The position numbers and the translations under genes were made by a program. Below are positions 42,735-56,328 of a stretch of DNA of 64,000 bases, in pieces (the stretch's first letter is position 1; each line of letters opens with the position of its first letter). The DNA is from Eledone cirrhosa (Eukaryota), in assembly GCA_964016885.1 (NCBI GenBank), contig OZ024743.1, positions 294,810,001 to 294,874,000 on the forward strand. Direction: 5' to 3'. Under the pieces are notes generated by a model. It was given only the letters and a program-made list of their open reading frames with translations, searched no databases and had not been told where the DNA came from.

Positions 42735-43141
42735 ACTCTTTCTCTGCTCTTTACTTCCACTACGATTATTTTACCTGCTGAATCCACGTTCTGTACTCTT
42801 GTATTCTCTTTCTCCCTTGGTTTGCCTTACCCTTCACATACCAACATTTTTTTTATTTTTAGATATTAATTTTGTTTGTGTTGCGTATATGTATGTATAT
42901 GTGTATATATGTATATGTATGTATATATATGTATATATGTATATGTATATATATGTATATATATATATGTGTATGTATATATGTGTGTATATGTATATGT
43001 GTATGTATATATGTGGGTGTATGTATGTTTATTTATATGTATATGTATATGTATATATAATCGTATATATTATATATTTCTGTTGTATTTGTGCGCGTGT
43101 GTGTATATATTTATGTGTATGTATGTGTGTATATATGTGTG

Positions 43142-43204
<63 letters not shown>

Positions 43205-44097
43205 ATGTATGTATGTATGTATGTGTGCATATATAGATTTAATGTGTGTGTATGGGCGTGTGTATTTTTGTGCGTGTATATGTATTGTATATTTTTTTTT
43301 TTTTTATATAACGGTTTTGTGTGTGTATATATATAATAGCCTCAGAAAAGGATTGAGCTATGCCGTGGGGTCAGACTTTTTCCTAAATGTGTGTGTGTAT
43401 ATATACGTAATTGTATGTGTGTGTGTATTTCTGTGGTTGTGTTTTTGTGTGTGTGTATGTATATATATATATGTGTATGTGTGTGTATTTGTATATATGT
43501 ATAAGGGTGTATGTACATGCATCATTACATATAGTGATTTACTGATTACTTTCATTGCTCTTTTGCTCCAGGAACTTGTTGAGTGCTCTAAATCTGCTAT
43601 AAGCATTTATACCCTTTTCTAAATATATATATATATTTTTTATTTATTATTTGTCATATTCCCAACTTTTTATTTTCATTTTCATTTTTATTTTTATATA
43701 TACAATATTGTTTTATATATACAATATTTATTTGTTATATATATATAAATTATATTGTTTCTCTTATATATATATATATATATATATAACTCAATATATA
43801 TATATATTGAGTTATATATGTATATGCGTGTGTGTGTGTGTGTGTATGTACGTATGCATACGTATGTGTATGTATATGTGTGTGTAGGTATATATATGTA
43901 TGTATGTGTATGTATGTGTATGTATGTGTATGTATATATATGTATATATATATATATATATTAGAGTTAGATAAGGTTCATATGAATTATCTAAGAATCA
44001 GATTTACACACATATATATGCGTGTGTTTGGATTTGTATGTACGTGTTTGTGATATGTATGTATATGTATATGGATATTTATATGGTTATGTATGTA

Positions 44098-44184
<87 letters not shown>

Positions 44185-44806
44185 ATATATGTATGTGTGT
44201 GTATATTTGTATGTGTGTATATATGTATATATGTGTGTGTGTGTATTTGTTTATGCGTATGTATGTTTTTATGTATTTGTATATGTATATTTATGTGTGA
44301 GAGTGTGTGTATGTATTTATTTTTACGTATGTATGTGTACGTGCATATGTGTGTATTGCTTACCACGTGTGTTTGTTCATATATTTGTTGCCTGTATAAC
44401 TGTCAACATTATAATAGTCCTTATATTCATTTTTATGTTTTTTATTATTATATATTTTTTATTATATTTGTTTGTGTGTGTGAGTATATAGAGCTGTGTG
44501 TATATATTTCTATTTTTGTGCATGCGTATGTATGCGTGTATATATGTGTGTATATATGTGTATGTATGTACGTGTGTATATACGTATGATTGTGTGTGTG
44601 TATGTATATGTGTATGTATATGTATGTGTATGTGTGTATATATATATATATATATGTGTGTAGTTGTATATATGTATGTGTATGTATGGATATGTTGATA
44701 TTTATGTGTGTATGTATGTATGTATATATGTGTATGTATATATATACACATATATATGTGTGTGTGTGTGTGTGTATATATGTGAGTGTGTATGTATGTA
44801 TGTATG

Positions 44807-44895
<89 letters not shown>

Positions 44896-45039
44896 ATGTA
44901 TATATTTATGTGTGTGTGTGTGTTAGCGTGTGTGTTTTTAATTTATTTTCCCTTTCCTTCTTCCTTTTCCAGCCTAACTTTCATATAGATTACATTTTTG
45001 TTTTTAAAATCCAACGTCAATAAATACGCCAAGATTTTT

Positions 45040-45096
45040 TCATTCTGATGATTGAAAGTAAAATTCTTTGGCTTTTAAGAAACCACTGGTAAATGA
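45040..45096 (+). ncRNA. canonical type I hammerhead at a PLE 3' end
   Basis: tcatt CTGATGA TTGAAAG..CTTTTAA GAAA CCACTG GTA aatga. The inverted copy at ~34278-34334 has GAAA>TAAA. Confidence 0.85.
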
Positions 45097-45332
45097 TATA
45101 ATTGCCTTATGTTGTTTATTACATAACTATATTCCAACCTGATTAGTTCTACGGTTCCTTTGGTATATATTGTGTGTTAGTTTAGCCTACCACAATGTTC
45201 GATTTGTCAAGCTATTTAAACGTATGTTATAACTCTGAGACCTATCTTATCGAGTGCTTTGCTAACTCATCACTTTATATAAGTAGGCCGAATTTACTTG
45301 CAAACCGCAAGAGATTCGATTTACTCATTTCC

Positions 45333-45487
<155 letters not shown>

Positions 45488-45528
45488 TATATATATATAT
45501 TTATATATATAAATATCTCTCTCTCTCT

Positions 45529-45587
<59 letters not shown>

Positions 45588-46012
45588 AAGAGAGATGTAC
45601 CTATGACCCCAAAAAATGCCTTGTATGTTGCATAATCTATGAATAAATATATGCTTACATTATTATGTTCGTTTCTGAACATTCAAATGGAGATCAGAAG
45701 ATCAAATGCTCTATTCATTTTCATGCATTCCTAACCCTTTTATTATTCTTTCATTTGAATATTTTCTGGATTTACCTAACAGCGTAATACAATTTACTAT
45801 TTCGTACGTTCATTTGAGAAATTTATTTTTGGAAAAGATTAAGTAATATGGAATTTTCTTTGTTGTTTTTATTATTATTACTATTATTCACTACTATTCT
45901 TTGTACGGAAAAAGGTCGAAGAGAGACGAAACAGTAATAAAGTTTATAGTAACGAGAAACACACACACACACACACGCACACACACACATACGCGCGCGC
46001 GACACATACACG

Positions 46013-46054
<42 letters not shown>

Positions 46055-46062
46055 TATGTATA

Positions 46063-46101
<39 letters not shown>

Positions 46102-46102
46102 A

Positions 46103-46186
<84 letters not shown>

Positions 46187-46189
46187 TAT

Positions 46190-46252
<63 letters not shown>

Positions 46253-46864
46253 TGGAAATAATTTCACATACTGTCTTTTTTTTGTTGGCACTTTCCATTT
46301 ATTGTATTGTTGGGTGGAGATGAATGTATGAAATGGATAAGCCAACCGTTGTTGTGTTCGACGTGGTCAATTGAACTCTTTTCCACAAATACTCAGTTGA
46401 TATAAGTGGTGTTACCATCTAACATAAATCATTCCAATATGTGTTTTAAATATACAGGTAAATAGAAAAACAAAGCAGATACCTTGATACTCAATGATTC
46501 CTTTACTGAATATTGGTGTGTCTTGCATATTGTTAAATGCAATTAGGTACTTGGACTATGAAGTCCCTATTTATACATGATCCATTTATCCACTCTTTAT
46601 GATAGTCCTCAGCATCTCTCTTTAGGGAAAATCTAGGTAAAAAGTTATATAAAAAGCGATTATATCATAATAGTGATTTTATAGGGCGATATGGTAACGC
46701 ATTGAAACTTGTGTAAGACTAACCAGTATCTAAAAAATATGAATCAATTTGTATCGACAAATCAGTCTTATCCTTCTACTGATCAGAGTGTTTGTATTCA
46801 TACACACACAAACATACACGCATACACCAACAAACACACACACACACGTATACATATATATAGG

Positions 46865-46915
<51 letters not shown>

Positions 46916-46930
46916 AGCAAGGATATATAT

Positions 46931-47073
<143 letters not shown>

Positions 47074-47083
47074 AACCAGTAAG

Positions 47084-47177
47084 ACCCCGACAGCTGAGCT
47101 CAAGCCGTTTCGACGGCTAATTCTGGACTAAATGAAAATTTATCCTGGTATTTAAATAGCCGATCTTCTCAAGGGGT
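47084..47177 (-). ncRNA. type I hammerhead, U3-A8 core variant
   Basis: Reverse-complement copy of 51388-51481. Confidence 0.75.
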
Positions 47178-48278
47178 AATTCCATATATGGTCAAAGTGA
47201 TTGTCAAAAATCAGTAGTAATTCTGTGGTTGCAAATTAGTAGGGGAGATGGTGGCTAAACCTGCCAGTAGGAGAAAGAGAGGAGGGGTGGAGTAGACCCA
47301 ATCAAGCGTTGGTAGTGCCAGCTACAGCTGGGCATGAGGTCAAAGAAGATACAGGGGAGGGGGAGGGGGAGGAAGTCGGAACGGTAGGTAGAACAATGGG
47401 GGGTAGAAATATATAGGAAAGAAAAAATACTGAGAGTGAAGAAAAGCAAATAAGTGTAAAGAAAAAAGTAAAGTAAATTAAATTCTACGACCTAGGTCTC
47501 TAGCTATTGTTAGGCTAGAATAAATAAATAAAGAAAGAAAGAAAGAAGTAAAGAAAGAAAGAAAGAAATAACGAAATAAGTAAAAGAACTAGGTGGGACG
47601 GATTAGGCAAGGACCCTTTTAAGAGGTATAAGTACGTAAATGATACGGTGACGGGTCAACAAAAGGGGCCAAAATACTAAAGAGACTACCACGAAATAAA
47701 CAATAAAGGTTTCCATCCCGGGCACAATGCCAGCAACCACCCAGTGCAGCAAAGTGAACTAGTACGAGATAATAATTCTGAGTCCCGAGAAAAATATATA
47801 CTAATGCTAACTCTAAAAGATCTAAAACAAGCTACATGAAAGTTCGTACGAAGTAAAGGTAGAATACGGAAAAATAAATTCAGAATCCACCCCGCCCAAA
47901 AGAAAAGCGAAGAAAGAAATACTGAAACGAAAAAATAAGGCATAAGTGCCACTAAGAAATATAGAGGGCACAGATAATAGTGGGAGCGGTCGGAAAAAGA
48001 GGACAAGTATCCGGGGTCTAAACCAACTGCTATAAAGGGCGGAGTCCGCCAAATCTATCATAGACTAGGGGAGGGGGTGGGGGTACTAGGGCTACAAGGG
48101 GCCAAAGGGCAGCCTCTGGTGGGCGAGAAAAGACGCCGACAAAGGAGAAGAGCTGGGGTAGAAGGACTAAGGAGAGAGGGGGGAAGGAAATAAAGGAAGC
48201 GATAAAAGAATACAAAGAAGATCTTACGTCTCCCTTGGCAAGCAGGGGTTACCCATTGCAAAATCGGCAAGTGGGGTG

Positions 48279-50450
48279 TTATAGCCCTAGTCTACCCCCC
48301 CCCCCCGGGTCATTATGGGGTTTGAGGGCGAGGTAAGTCCTACGCAATCTATGTTTACATGCAGTAACCAGTTCATCTTTCTTGTTTAGGAGTTGGTCCG
48401 TCGAAAACAGCATTTGTAAAGTTTCCCCCGAGCATAAATTGCACGGACGGCGTCCTCCCGTGTAAGAAATGGCTCTGGACAGTAATCTCTAAGTGAGATC
48501 ATAGGTGATGTTGTTGTCCTTGAGGTCCCATATGTGGCCCGAAAGTGTAGTGGCGTGACGCCGGGCCGGGTTTCGGAAGGTATGTCTATGTTGGTATAGC
48601 CGGGTCTTGAAGTCACATGCGGTAAGTCCTATATAGGCTTTGTTGGAGGTATCCGTCCTCACGTTGCACTGGTAGATCACATTACGGTCTCTGCATCTAT
48701 TGTCGAGTGGGAAAATAGATCTATCCGGGCAGTTACACCTCCTGATCGGTTCTCCACTGCTATTTAGGTTATTTCTGCCATCGGGGTTGAGTTTTTTGTT
48801 GTTAGAGGAGACGATGTTTTGTGCGAAGTTTGGTGTAGTGCTGTAAGAGAGTTTGATGGTATTTTTGTTAATTATGTTGTGGTAGCGGTGTTGTAATGGC
48901 AAGTGTTTTTCAATGAGCCTAAAGAATAGTTTCCCGATGGGAGTTGTCACCTCTGCGTTGTGGGGAGGATTGAACCATGTTACATTGCGTGAGCGGCGGT
49001 GTCTCCTGCTGGTTCCGCTAATGGGAGCTGGACAGTAGGATATTTCCTCCCGGAAACCACTCCGCTTGAGGGCCTGGTTGTAATAAGGCGCATGTTCATC
49101 GAATATCCGCTCATTAGCTGACAAACGGGATATGCGGAGGGAGATGTTTTTGACCAGGTTGTTTGTGATGTTCCTAGGATGGTTTGATCGGCGGTGGATG
49201 TAGTGCAGATTGTCATTAGGTTTCCTGTATGGGTAGTACAGGTCGTTTTCGAGGTCAAGGGTCACGTCCAGGAAGTTTACTCGGGTCAGGGACGTATGTA
49301 GGGTTATTTTAAATCTCCAGTCGCGGAAGAATCTGATTAATTGTTTCCGGACCCGATCTGTACTACTGGGGTTGTACCCTTTAAGGGTAAGGAGCCCATC
49401 ATCACGGTACAATCTACCACCGAATGCAGGAAACATATCAGTGAGTTTGGCTATTAGGAATAATCCTATAAGATCTGTGACCTCCGCCGAATCCGTGGCG
49501 CCCATGCTGACGTCGAAGGGTGAGTCGGGGGCTCTTTTTATCCATTTAGAGTCGTCAAAGAGTAAGACTGTCTTCCTGGCGTGGAGGAGGATTTTTCTTT
49601 CCTGGTCGGTGATGGGCACAAGTGTTTCGGCGAAGTCCAAGGCGGCAGTAAGTAGCGGTAAGGTGATTGAAGCATAGTAGCTCTCTATGTCGAACTGTAT
49701 GAATTTAGTTTCTCGTTTATCCTCCATATTGCTGAACCAGGAGATTACTTCCTGGGTGTTGATCCATAGGCTAAGTCGGGTGTGTTGCTTAACTTTTGGT
49801 ATCACGCGGTCTAGGATTGTTTTGCTGATTCTCCCTATGTCGGACTTCGTTGGGTTAATAAGCCTGATAGAGGGTTTACGGTCAAAATCGGATTTATGGT
49901 CCTTCAGTGTGAAGTATGGTGTCCGTGGGTCTAGAGGTTCCGTGCGGTCGGCGACCCCGAGGCTGGAGGTGATTTGTTGTCCATCTCGATTTATGTCCTC
50001 GATGCAAGAGTGGTTGGCCTTTTTATAGGTGGAGTTTAGGCTGCTCCTGATCAGTGTGTGGTATCTGTCAGGGTTGACAAAGTATAGGTTCCCAGTTTTA
50101 TCCGAATGCACCATGATGTCATTTGTGTTATCATACTCTGTTAAGTTGCTACGGAGTTTTTGTAGGAATCGGTTGTGTCTGGGTTTAAATTTAATGTTCT
50201 TGACCAGTTGGAAGAGGTCATTCTCGAAGGGTGCGAGCAAGGGGTTCAGGGGCGGAGATTTGTAGGTAATAAATCCGAATCTCTCCTTGGTGCCGAAGTC
50301 TTGGTTGTCGCAATATCTGTCATAGAAAAAAGTTCTCCATCTAAGTCTTTTCGCAAATAGATCGATTTTTTGCGTGAGCATCCGAAGGTAAAGTTTTTTC
50401 GGTGGGATTGGGAAGTTCTTGGTAGAGAAGTCAATGTTGTGTTTTCGCAA
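48279..50450 (-). pseudogene. PLE RT + GIY-YIG endonuclease ORF, ~720 codons with one premature stop
   Basis: Motifs QFDIESYYASI, MGATDSAEV, LYRDDGL, NFLDV, WFNPP, CNC..PL..C and VIYQC..AYIG. TAG at 48489-48491 replaces a Trp conserved in the other copies, and the frame continues RLLSRAISY..CNLC..LNKKDE..CKH. The first codon is TTG at the inversion junction. Confidence 0.95.
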
Positions 50451-51298
50451 TGTTGTGTTTTCCGTCCCACCTAGTTCTTTTACTTATTTCGTTATTTCTT
50501 TATTTCTTTCTTTACTTCTTTCTTTCTTTATTTATTTATTTATTCTAGCCTAACAATAGCTAGAGACCTAGGTCGTAGAATTTAATTTACTTTACTTTTT
50601 TCTTTACACTTATTTGCTTTTCTTCACTCTCAGTATTTTTTCTTTCCTATATATTTCTACCCCCCATTGTTCTACCTACCGTTCCGACTTCCTCCCCCTC
50701 CCCCTCCCCTGTATCTTCTTTGACCTCATGCCCAGCTGTAGCTGGCACTACCAACGCTTGATTGGGTCTACTCCACCCCCTCGCCTCTTTCTCCTTGGTG
50801 CCGAAGTCTTGGTTGTCGCAATATCTGTCATAGAAAAAAGTTCTCCATCTAAGTCTTTTCGCAAATAGATCGATTTTTTGCGTGAGCATCCGAAGGTAAA
50901 ATTTTTTCGGTGGGATTGGGATGTTCTTGGTAGAGAAGTCAATGTTGTGTTTTCGCAATGTTGTGTTTTCCGTCCCACCTAGTTCTTTTACTTATTTCGT
51001 TATTTCTTTATTTATTTATTTACTTCTTTCTTTCTTTATTTATTTATTTATTCTAGCCTAACAATAGCTAGAGACCTAGGTCGTAGAATTTAATTTACTT
51101 TACTTTTTTCTTTACACTTATTTGCTTTTCTTCACTCTCAGTATTTTTTCTTTCCTATATATTTCTACCCCCATTGTTCTACCTACCGTTCCGACTTCCT
51201 CCCCCTCCCCTGTATCTTCTTTGACATCATGCCCAGCTGTAGCTGGCACTACCAACACTTGATTGGGTCTACTCCACCCCCTCCCCTCTTTCTCCTAC
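50283..51298. repeat. 508-bp tandem duplication spanning the PLE inversion junction
   Basis: ctccttggtgccgaagtc occurs at 50283 and 50791, with tctcct microhomology at the joint. Confidence 0.93.
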
Positions 51299-51387
51299 TG
51301 GCAGGTTTAGCCACCATCTCCCCTACTAATTTGCAACCACAGAATTACTACTGATTTTTGACAATCACTTTGACCATATATGGAATT

Positions 51388-51481
51388 ACCCCTTGAGAAG
51401 ATCGGCTATTTAAATACCAGGATAAATTTTCATTTAGTCCAGAATTAGCCGTCGAAACGGCTTGAGCTCAGCTGTCGGGGT
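51388..51481 (+). ncRNA. type I hammerhead, U3-A8 core variant
   Basis: acccc TTGAGAA GA(T)CGGCTA..TAGCCGTC GAAA CGGCT tgagctc AGCT GTC ggggt. Confidence 0.75.
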
Positions 51482-51571
51482 CTTACTGGTTCCTATTACC
51501 CACTTTACTACCTCAAGTATTGAGTACTTTGGTGCGTTATGGTCCACCTGGTTCCTTACCACATTTCTTCG

Positions 51572-51636
<65 letters not shown>

Positions 51637-51641
<5 letters not shown>

Positions 51642-52228
51642 CATTATAAAGAAAGAAGAAACATTATATATAATTAATAAAAATATACCATACCCAAATT
51701 CCTTCACTACTCCTCGACTACGTAGTTTCGTGGCATATTTTGCAAAAACACTACATCACAGAGATACAGTAGTTTTGTGAGGTTTGCCGACTTATCAAGA
51801 GGATACCTCATTTAGAGTTTCGAAACACATCCGTAGGACACGAGATAAAATCCCGAAAGGCGGCGGGGGATTCAATCACGTGATACCCGCGGTCAAGAAA
51901 CAGAGTTAAGCCTCTTATAACCAAGAAAAATTACCACAAAGGCGGAGAGGTACTTATATCAAAGCCGTAGAAGAGATGGCTAGGGTGGCGACAAGTATGT
52001 GTAATGATAGCTTTCCAGCAGTCACTACACTTCAATGGTTACTCTACCATAGGGAGTTATAAACAATATAACTCATCTGTGATGTAGAAACAATATAACT
52101 ACATCTGTGAAGTACTGTTTTTTGCATAATATGCCACGAAGCTACGTAGTCGTGAAGTAATAAGGAAATTGGGTATGGTATATCTTATTAATTATATCTA
52201 ATGTTTCTTCTTTCATTATAATGTATTA
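51637..52228. mobile_element. short PLE-type remnant with ~130-bp inverted arms
   Basis: ~51637-51765 pairs with ~52100-52228. Confidence 0.8.
51711..51803 (-). ncRNA. type I hammerhead, U3-A8 core variant (second family)
   Basis: tcctc TTGATAA GT(C)GGCA..TGCCAC GAAA CTACGTA GTC gagga. Confidence 0.75.
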
Positions 52229-52388
52229 TATAGATCTGATACTGAATCAATCTAATCCATTCGGATTATTTTGTCCCAGTTATTCATAGAGCAACAACGG
52301 TTGAGGTTGGCACCAGAAATTCAGGGATATGTGAGGATATATTCATGTATATGTATGTGTCCGCATGTATCTGTGTATTTCTTTATAT

Positions 52389-52503
<115 letters not shown>

Positions 52504-52667
52504 TAGTAAATATATTTTACAGATAGTGAAATGTTATAATTATAGATTATCTATCCCACTATATATATATATATATTTATATATATCACCTTTTCATTTA
52601 GAGATGATATAAAAATGCCAGAAAATAAAGACAGCTACTAAGTAAGGGAGAGACAGAGAGAGAGAGA

Positions 52668-52779
<112 letters not shown>

Positions 52780-53238
52780 AAGGATATACACACACAACAA
52801 AAGATAGAAATTAAGTAAGTGAAAGATATAAGAGAAAGATAATGAGAGTGAGAGAAGCAAATAAAGTGGTTTGAAGAAAGGATTATTATATTAGAGTGTT
52901 GGTGCAGGGCAAGAAGTGGGAATATGTTTTATATTAATTTTTACCGAAGTGGAATATAGAAAATCATTCATGCGAAATGATAAGTCAGGAAAGTTTTCCT
53001 TGTGTTTACCGATTGACATTCTCGTTGATGTGATGAAAATAATTTCTAAAATGTCTGAAGATAGAACTGTAGTGAGTGTAAAACTTTTCGTTTCGGTCTC
53101 GGTGCTGCTTATTGTAATCTCCTGCCAAGAGATAAAGACAAACAATGCATGAACGTTTCTATGCGTGCGTATATATACATATATATTTACAAATATATAC
53201 AGATATATCCATGTATATACGTTTATTTATATATACGG

Positions 53239-53271
<33 letters not shown>

Positions 53272-53342
53272 CACACACATATATATATCTGTATGTATAT
53301 ATATACATACATACAAACGCATATATATATGTATATACACAT

Positions 53343-53408
<66 letters not shown>

Positions 53409-54126
53409 TTATATATGTAAATTTATTTATATATGCACGTGGGATAGAGATAATTAAGGTTCGCTGCACTATTTTTTCATTGACTTTCTCCAAATTGGTG
53501 TCTATAGTAAACAACGCATTAGTAGTACTAAATATAACACCATAATCTTTTATTACTTCCTTCTACACTGGTATCGGTTGACGTTTAATTAATATAGCGT
53601 GGTCAAACATGGTCGCAAAGCTAGCCATGCGTAGTGATTTGTTTGTTGTTGATGATTGTACATGGAAGCAAGTACATTAGTTTGATGATTCTATCTCCGT
53701 CTGTGCTAGTGTTTGACATCTGACTATCTGTCTCATTCTCTTCTTTCAAGAAACTCTCTCATTTTCTTTATTCATATATTTTTTTTACACATAGTCTCGT
53801 AAGCACACACAAGCGCACAACTTTTCATATCACGCTCCTTTAATTAAATGATTTCGATTTGCAACACAAAAATAGTTTCGATTTTTGGTCTTTCTTGGTG
53901 CTTGGAATTAATCAAAATTATCACATAAAAAAAATGAATATATATTCTCATACACAAAGAGAAATTCTTATCCATACCAGGCATTATATATTTATATGGA
54001 AAGAAGAAGAGACTCGGTTTCATATATTACACCATAGTTGTTTTGTCGCTTGGATCAACTAAGGCTGATTATTGAAAAAAAATGTATGTATATACATAAA
54101 TATAAATATTATAAAAATACGTATAT

Positions 54127-54187
<61 letters not shown>

Positions 54188-54205
54188 ATTAACCATTCGT
54201 CCTTG

Positions 54206-54278
<73 letters not shown>

Positions 54279-54281
<3 letters not shown>

Positions 54282-54397
54282 TCTGATGAAATGACAGTTG
54301 ATAATAACATTGAAATATTGAATGTCTGCATAACTAATACTTTGTAGATAGCAGCTGTTTTCAGGTTATGTAACTATTATTGAAACGCGTGTCAATA
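54279..54397 (+). ncRNA. type I hammerhead with ~70-nt helix-II insert
   Basis: tatt CTGATGA AATGACAGTT..AACTATTATT GAAA CGCGT GTC aata, with stem I overlapping AATAAA. Confidence 0.65.
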
Positions 54398-54451
54398 AAT
54401 TCCTTTTAACTGAAATGTATCCATTTAAATCCTTCTATATATTTATACATA

Positions 54452-54510
<59 letters not shown>

Positions 54511-54514
<4 letters not shown>

Positions 54515-54600
54515 CAAGGACGAATGGTTACTCCTTCATTATGTTTATTCGTTATGATGCGCGATTCGCTATTAATCACCTCCGGGTTCGTTACACGTCC

Positions 54601-54602
<2 letters not shown>
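54511..54602 (-). repeat. truncated solo PLE terminal repeat (57437/60476 family)
   Basis: Begins ataacaaggacgaatggttactccttcatt. A ~20-bp inverted copy lies at ~54189-54210. Confidence 0.7.
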
Positions 54603-54680
<78 letters not shown>

Positions 54681-55054
54681 TTTTTGTGTGTGTAGCCATC
54701 CACCCAACACACGCACATGTACTCACACACATATATATTCTTTACGTTGTATGGTTTAACTATTATGAAGATGGGTTTGTGATCCAGTCATTCTGATAAG
54801 CAGACCACGATGAAATGGCCAAATAGCATTCAACATCATGTATATCTACCAAAATGGATATGAGCTCTTGTGGGTGGTACAAGAACGGAGTTAAATACTT
54901 CAAAGAAAAACACGAGAAGGCCGAATTCCAATATCCGAAAAGATGAAAGGTAAATTTGACCTTGGGGCAAGTATAACTAAAAACATAAATAGTCGGAGCA
55001 AATACTAGTACGCAAGTTTTCCGATTCTCGATCCAAACCACCGCACTGAGTAAA

Positions 55055-56328
55055 GTTAATATTTGTTTCTAATTTAAGCACAATGCCAGTAATTTAGATT
55101 TGGAGGAAACCAGTCCTACTCTATTTTACTGACTCCTACAAGACCAAAGATTAATTGGCCTTAGCTAGGCTTGAACTCAGAATATAAATATGATTAATAT
55201 GCAGTAAATAATATTGTACGACGCTCTTTTGATTCGGTCAATCCATCTCCATGTGTGAAATTAATACTGGTTTCTAATTTAGGTAAAATCTTAGACTGAA
55301 ATTTAGGAGGAATCTAAAGTGGATTAAATCGTCCCGAGTACACAAATGGTATTTTATTTTATCGAACTTGAATGAATCATTGCACATTGACCGATGTTTT
55401 GAAATCAGAAGTTTCGAGCTCGTAACTAAATACAGCAAAGCATTTGGTCTAACGTTGTAATGATTCTGCCATTCCACTTCACTGTATATAGTTAATAATT
55501 GTTTCTACTTTAGGCACATGGCCAGCAATTCACCAGTGCATTACTGGTACTTTATTTTATCGACCCCGTAAGAATGAACGGCAAAGTCAATCTCGGCGGG
55601 ATTTGAACTCAGATCGTAAAGGGACGTAACTATGCTGGAAAGCATGGCGTCCGACCCTCTACCGATACTGCCAATCCACCGTATATAGTTAATAATTGTT
55701 TCTACGTTAGGCACAAGGCCAGCAATTACCCAGTGCTTTACTGGTACTTTATTTTATCGACCCCGTAAGGATGAAAGGCAAAGTTAACCTTGGCGGGATT
55801 TGAACTCAGAATGGCAAGGGCCGTAACTCTATACGTCAAAGTATGGCGTCCGACCCTCTACCGATACTGCCAATTCACAGTTAATAATGATTTCTGATTC
55901 AGGCAGAAGGCCAACTATTTTCGGGGAGGGGAAAGTCGATTGAATCGATCCCAGTTTGTTAATGGTAATTTATTTTATTAAAACTGTAAGGATGGAAAGC
56001 AAGCTAACTGCGGTGGGATTTGAACACATGACCTAAACGGCTGAAAGAAAGCTACAAGGCATTTTCTCCGAAGCGTTAACGTTTCTGAAAATATACTGCC
56101 TTTGTATGAAGTTAATAATGGTATTTTATATAGGCACAAGACGAGCAATTTGAAGGGGAGGGGAAAGTCGATTAAATCGACCCCAGTGCGTGATTAGTAT
56201 TTTATTTTATCGACCCCCTAAGGATGGAAGGCAAAGTTAACCTCAGCGCGATTTGAACTCAGATAACTCTATGTTGCAAAGCATGGCATCCGGCACTCCA
56301 ATGCACCGTCCTTATGAAGTTAATAATG
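55055..56328 (-). mobile_element. six head-to-tail SINE copies
   Basis: Units start at ~55055, 55261, 55491, 55688, 55880 and 56111. Each begins (g)ttaata on + and carries the SINE core. Confidence 0.85.

Noticed and set aside
52891-55041. Non-repetitive short ORFs at 52916-53152 and 54763-55041
   Set aside because: No recognisable motifs or convincing splice context.
55055-56328. CRISPR-like array or tRNA gene cluster
   Set aside because: Units are ~200-bp SINEs with no repeat-spacer structure, cloverleaf or cas genes, in eukaryotic DNA.
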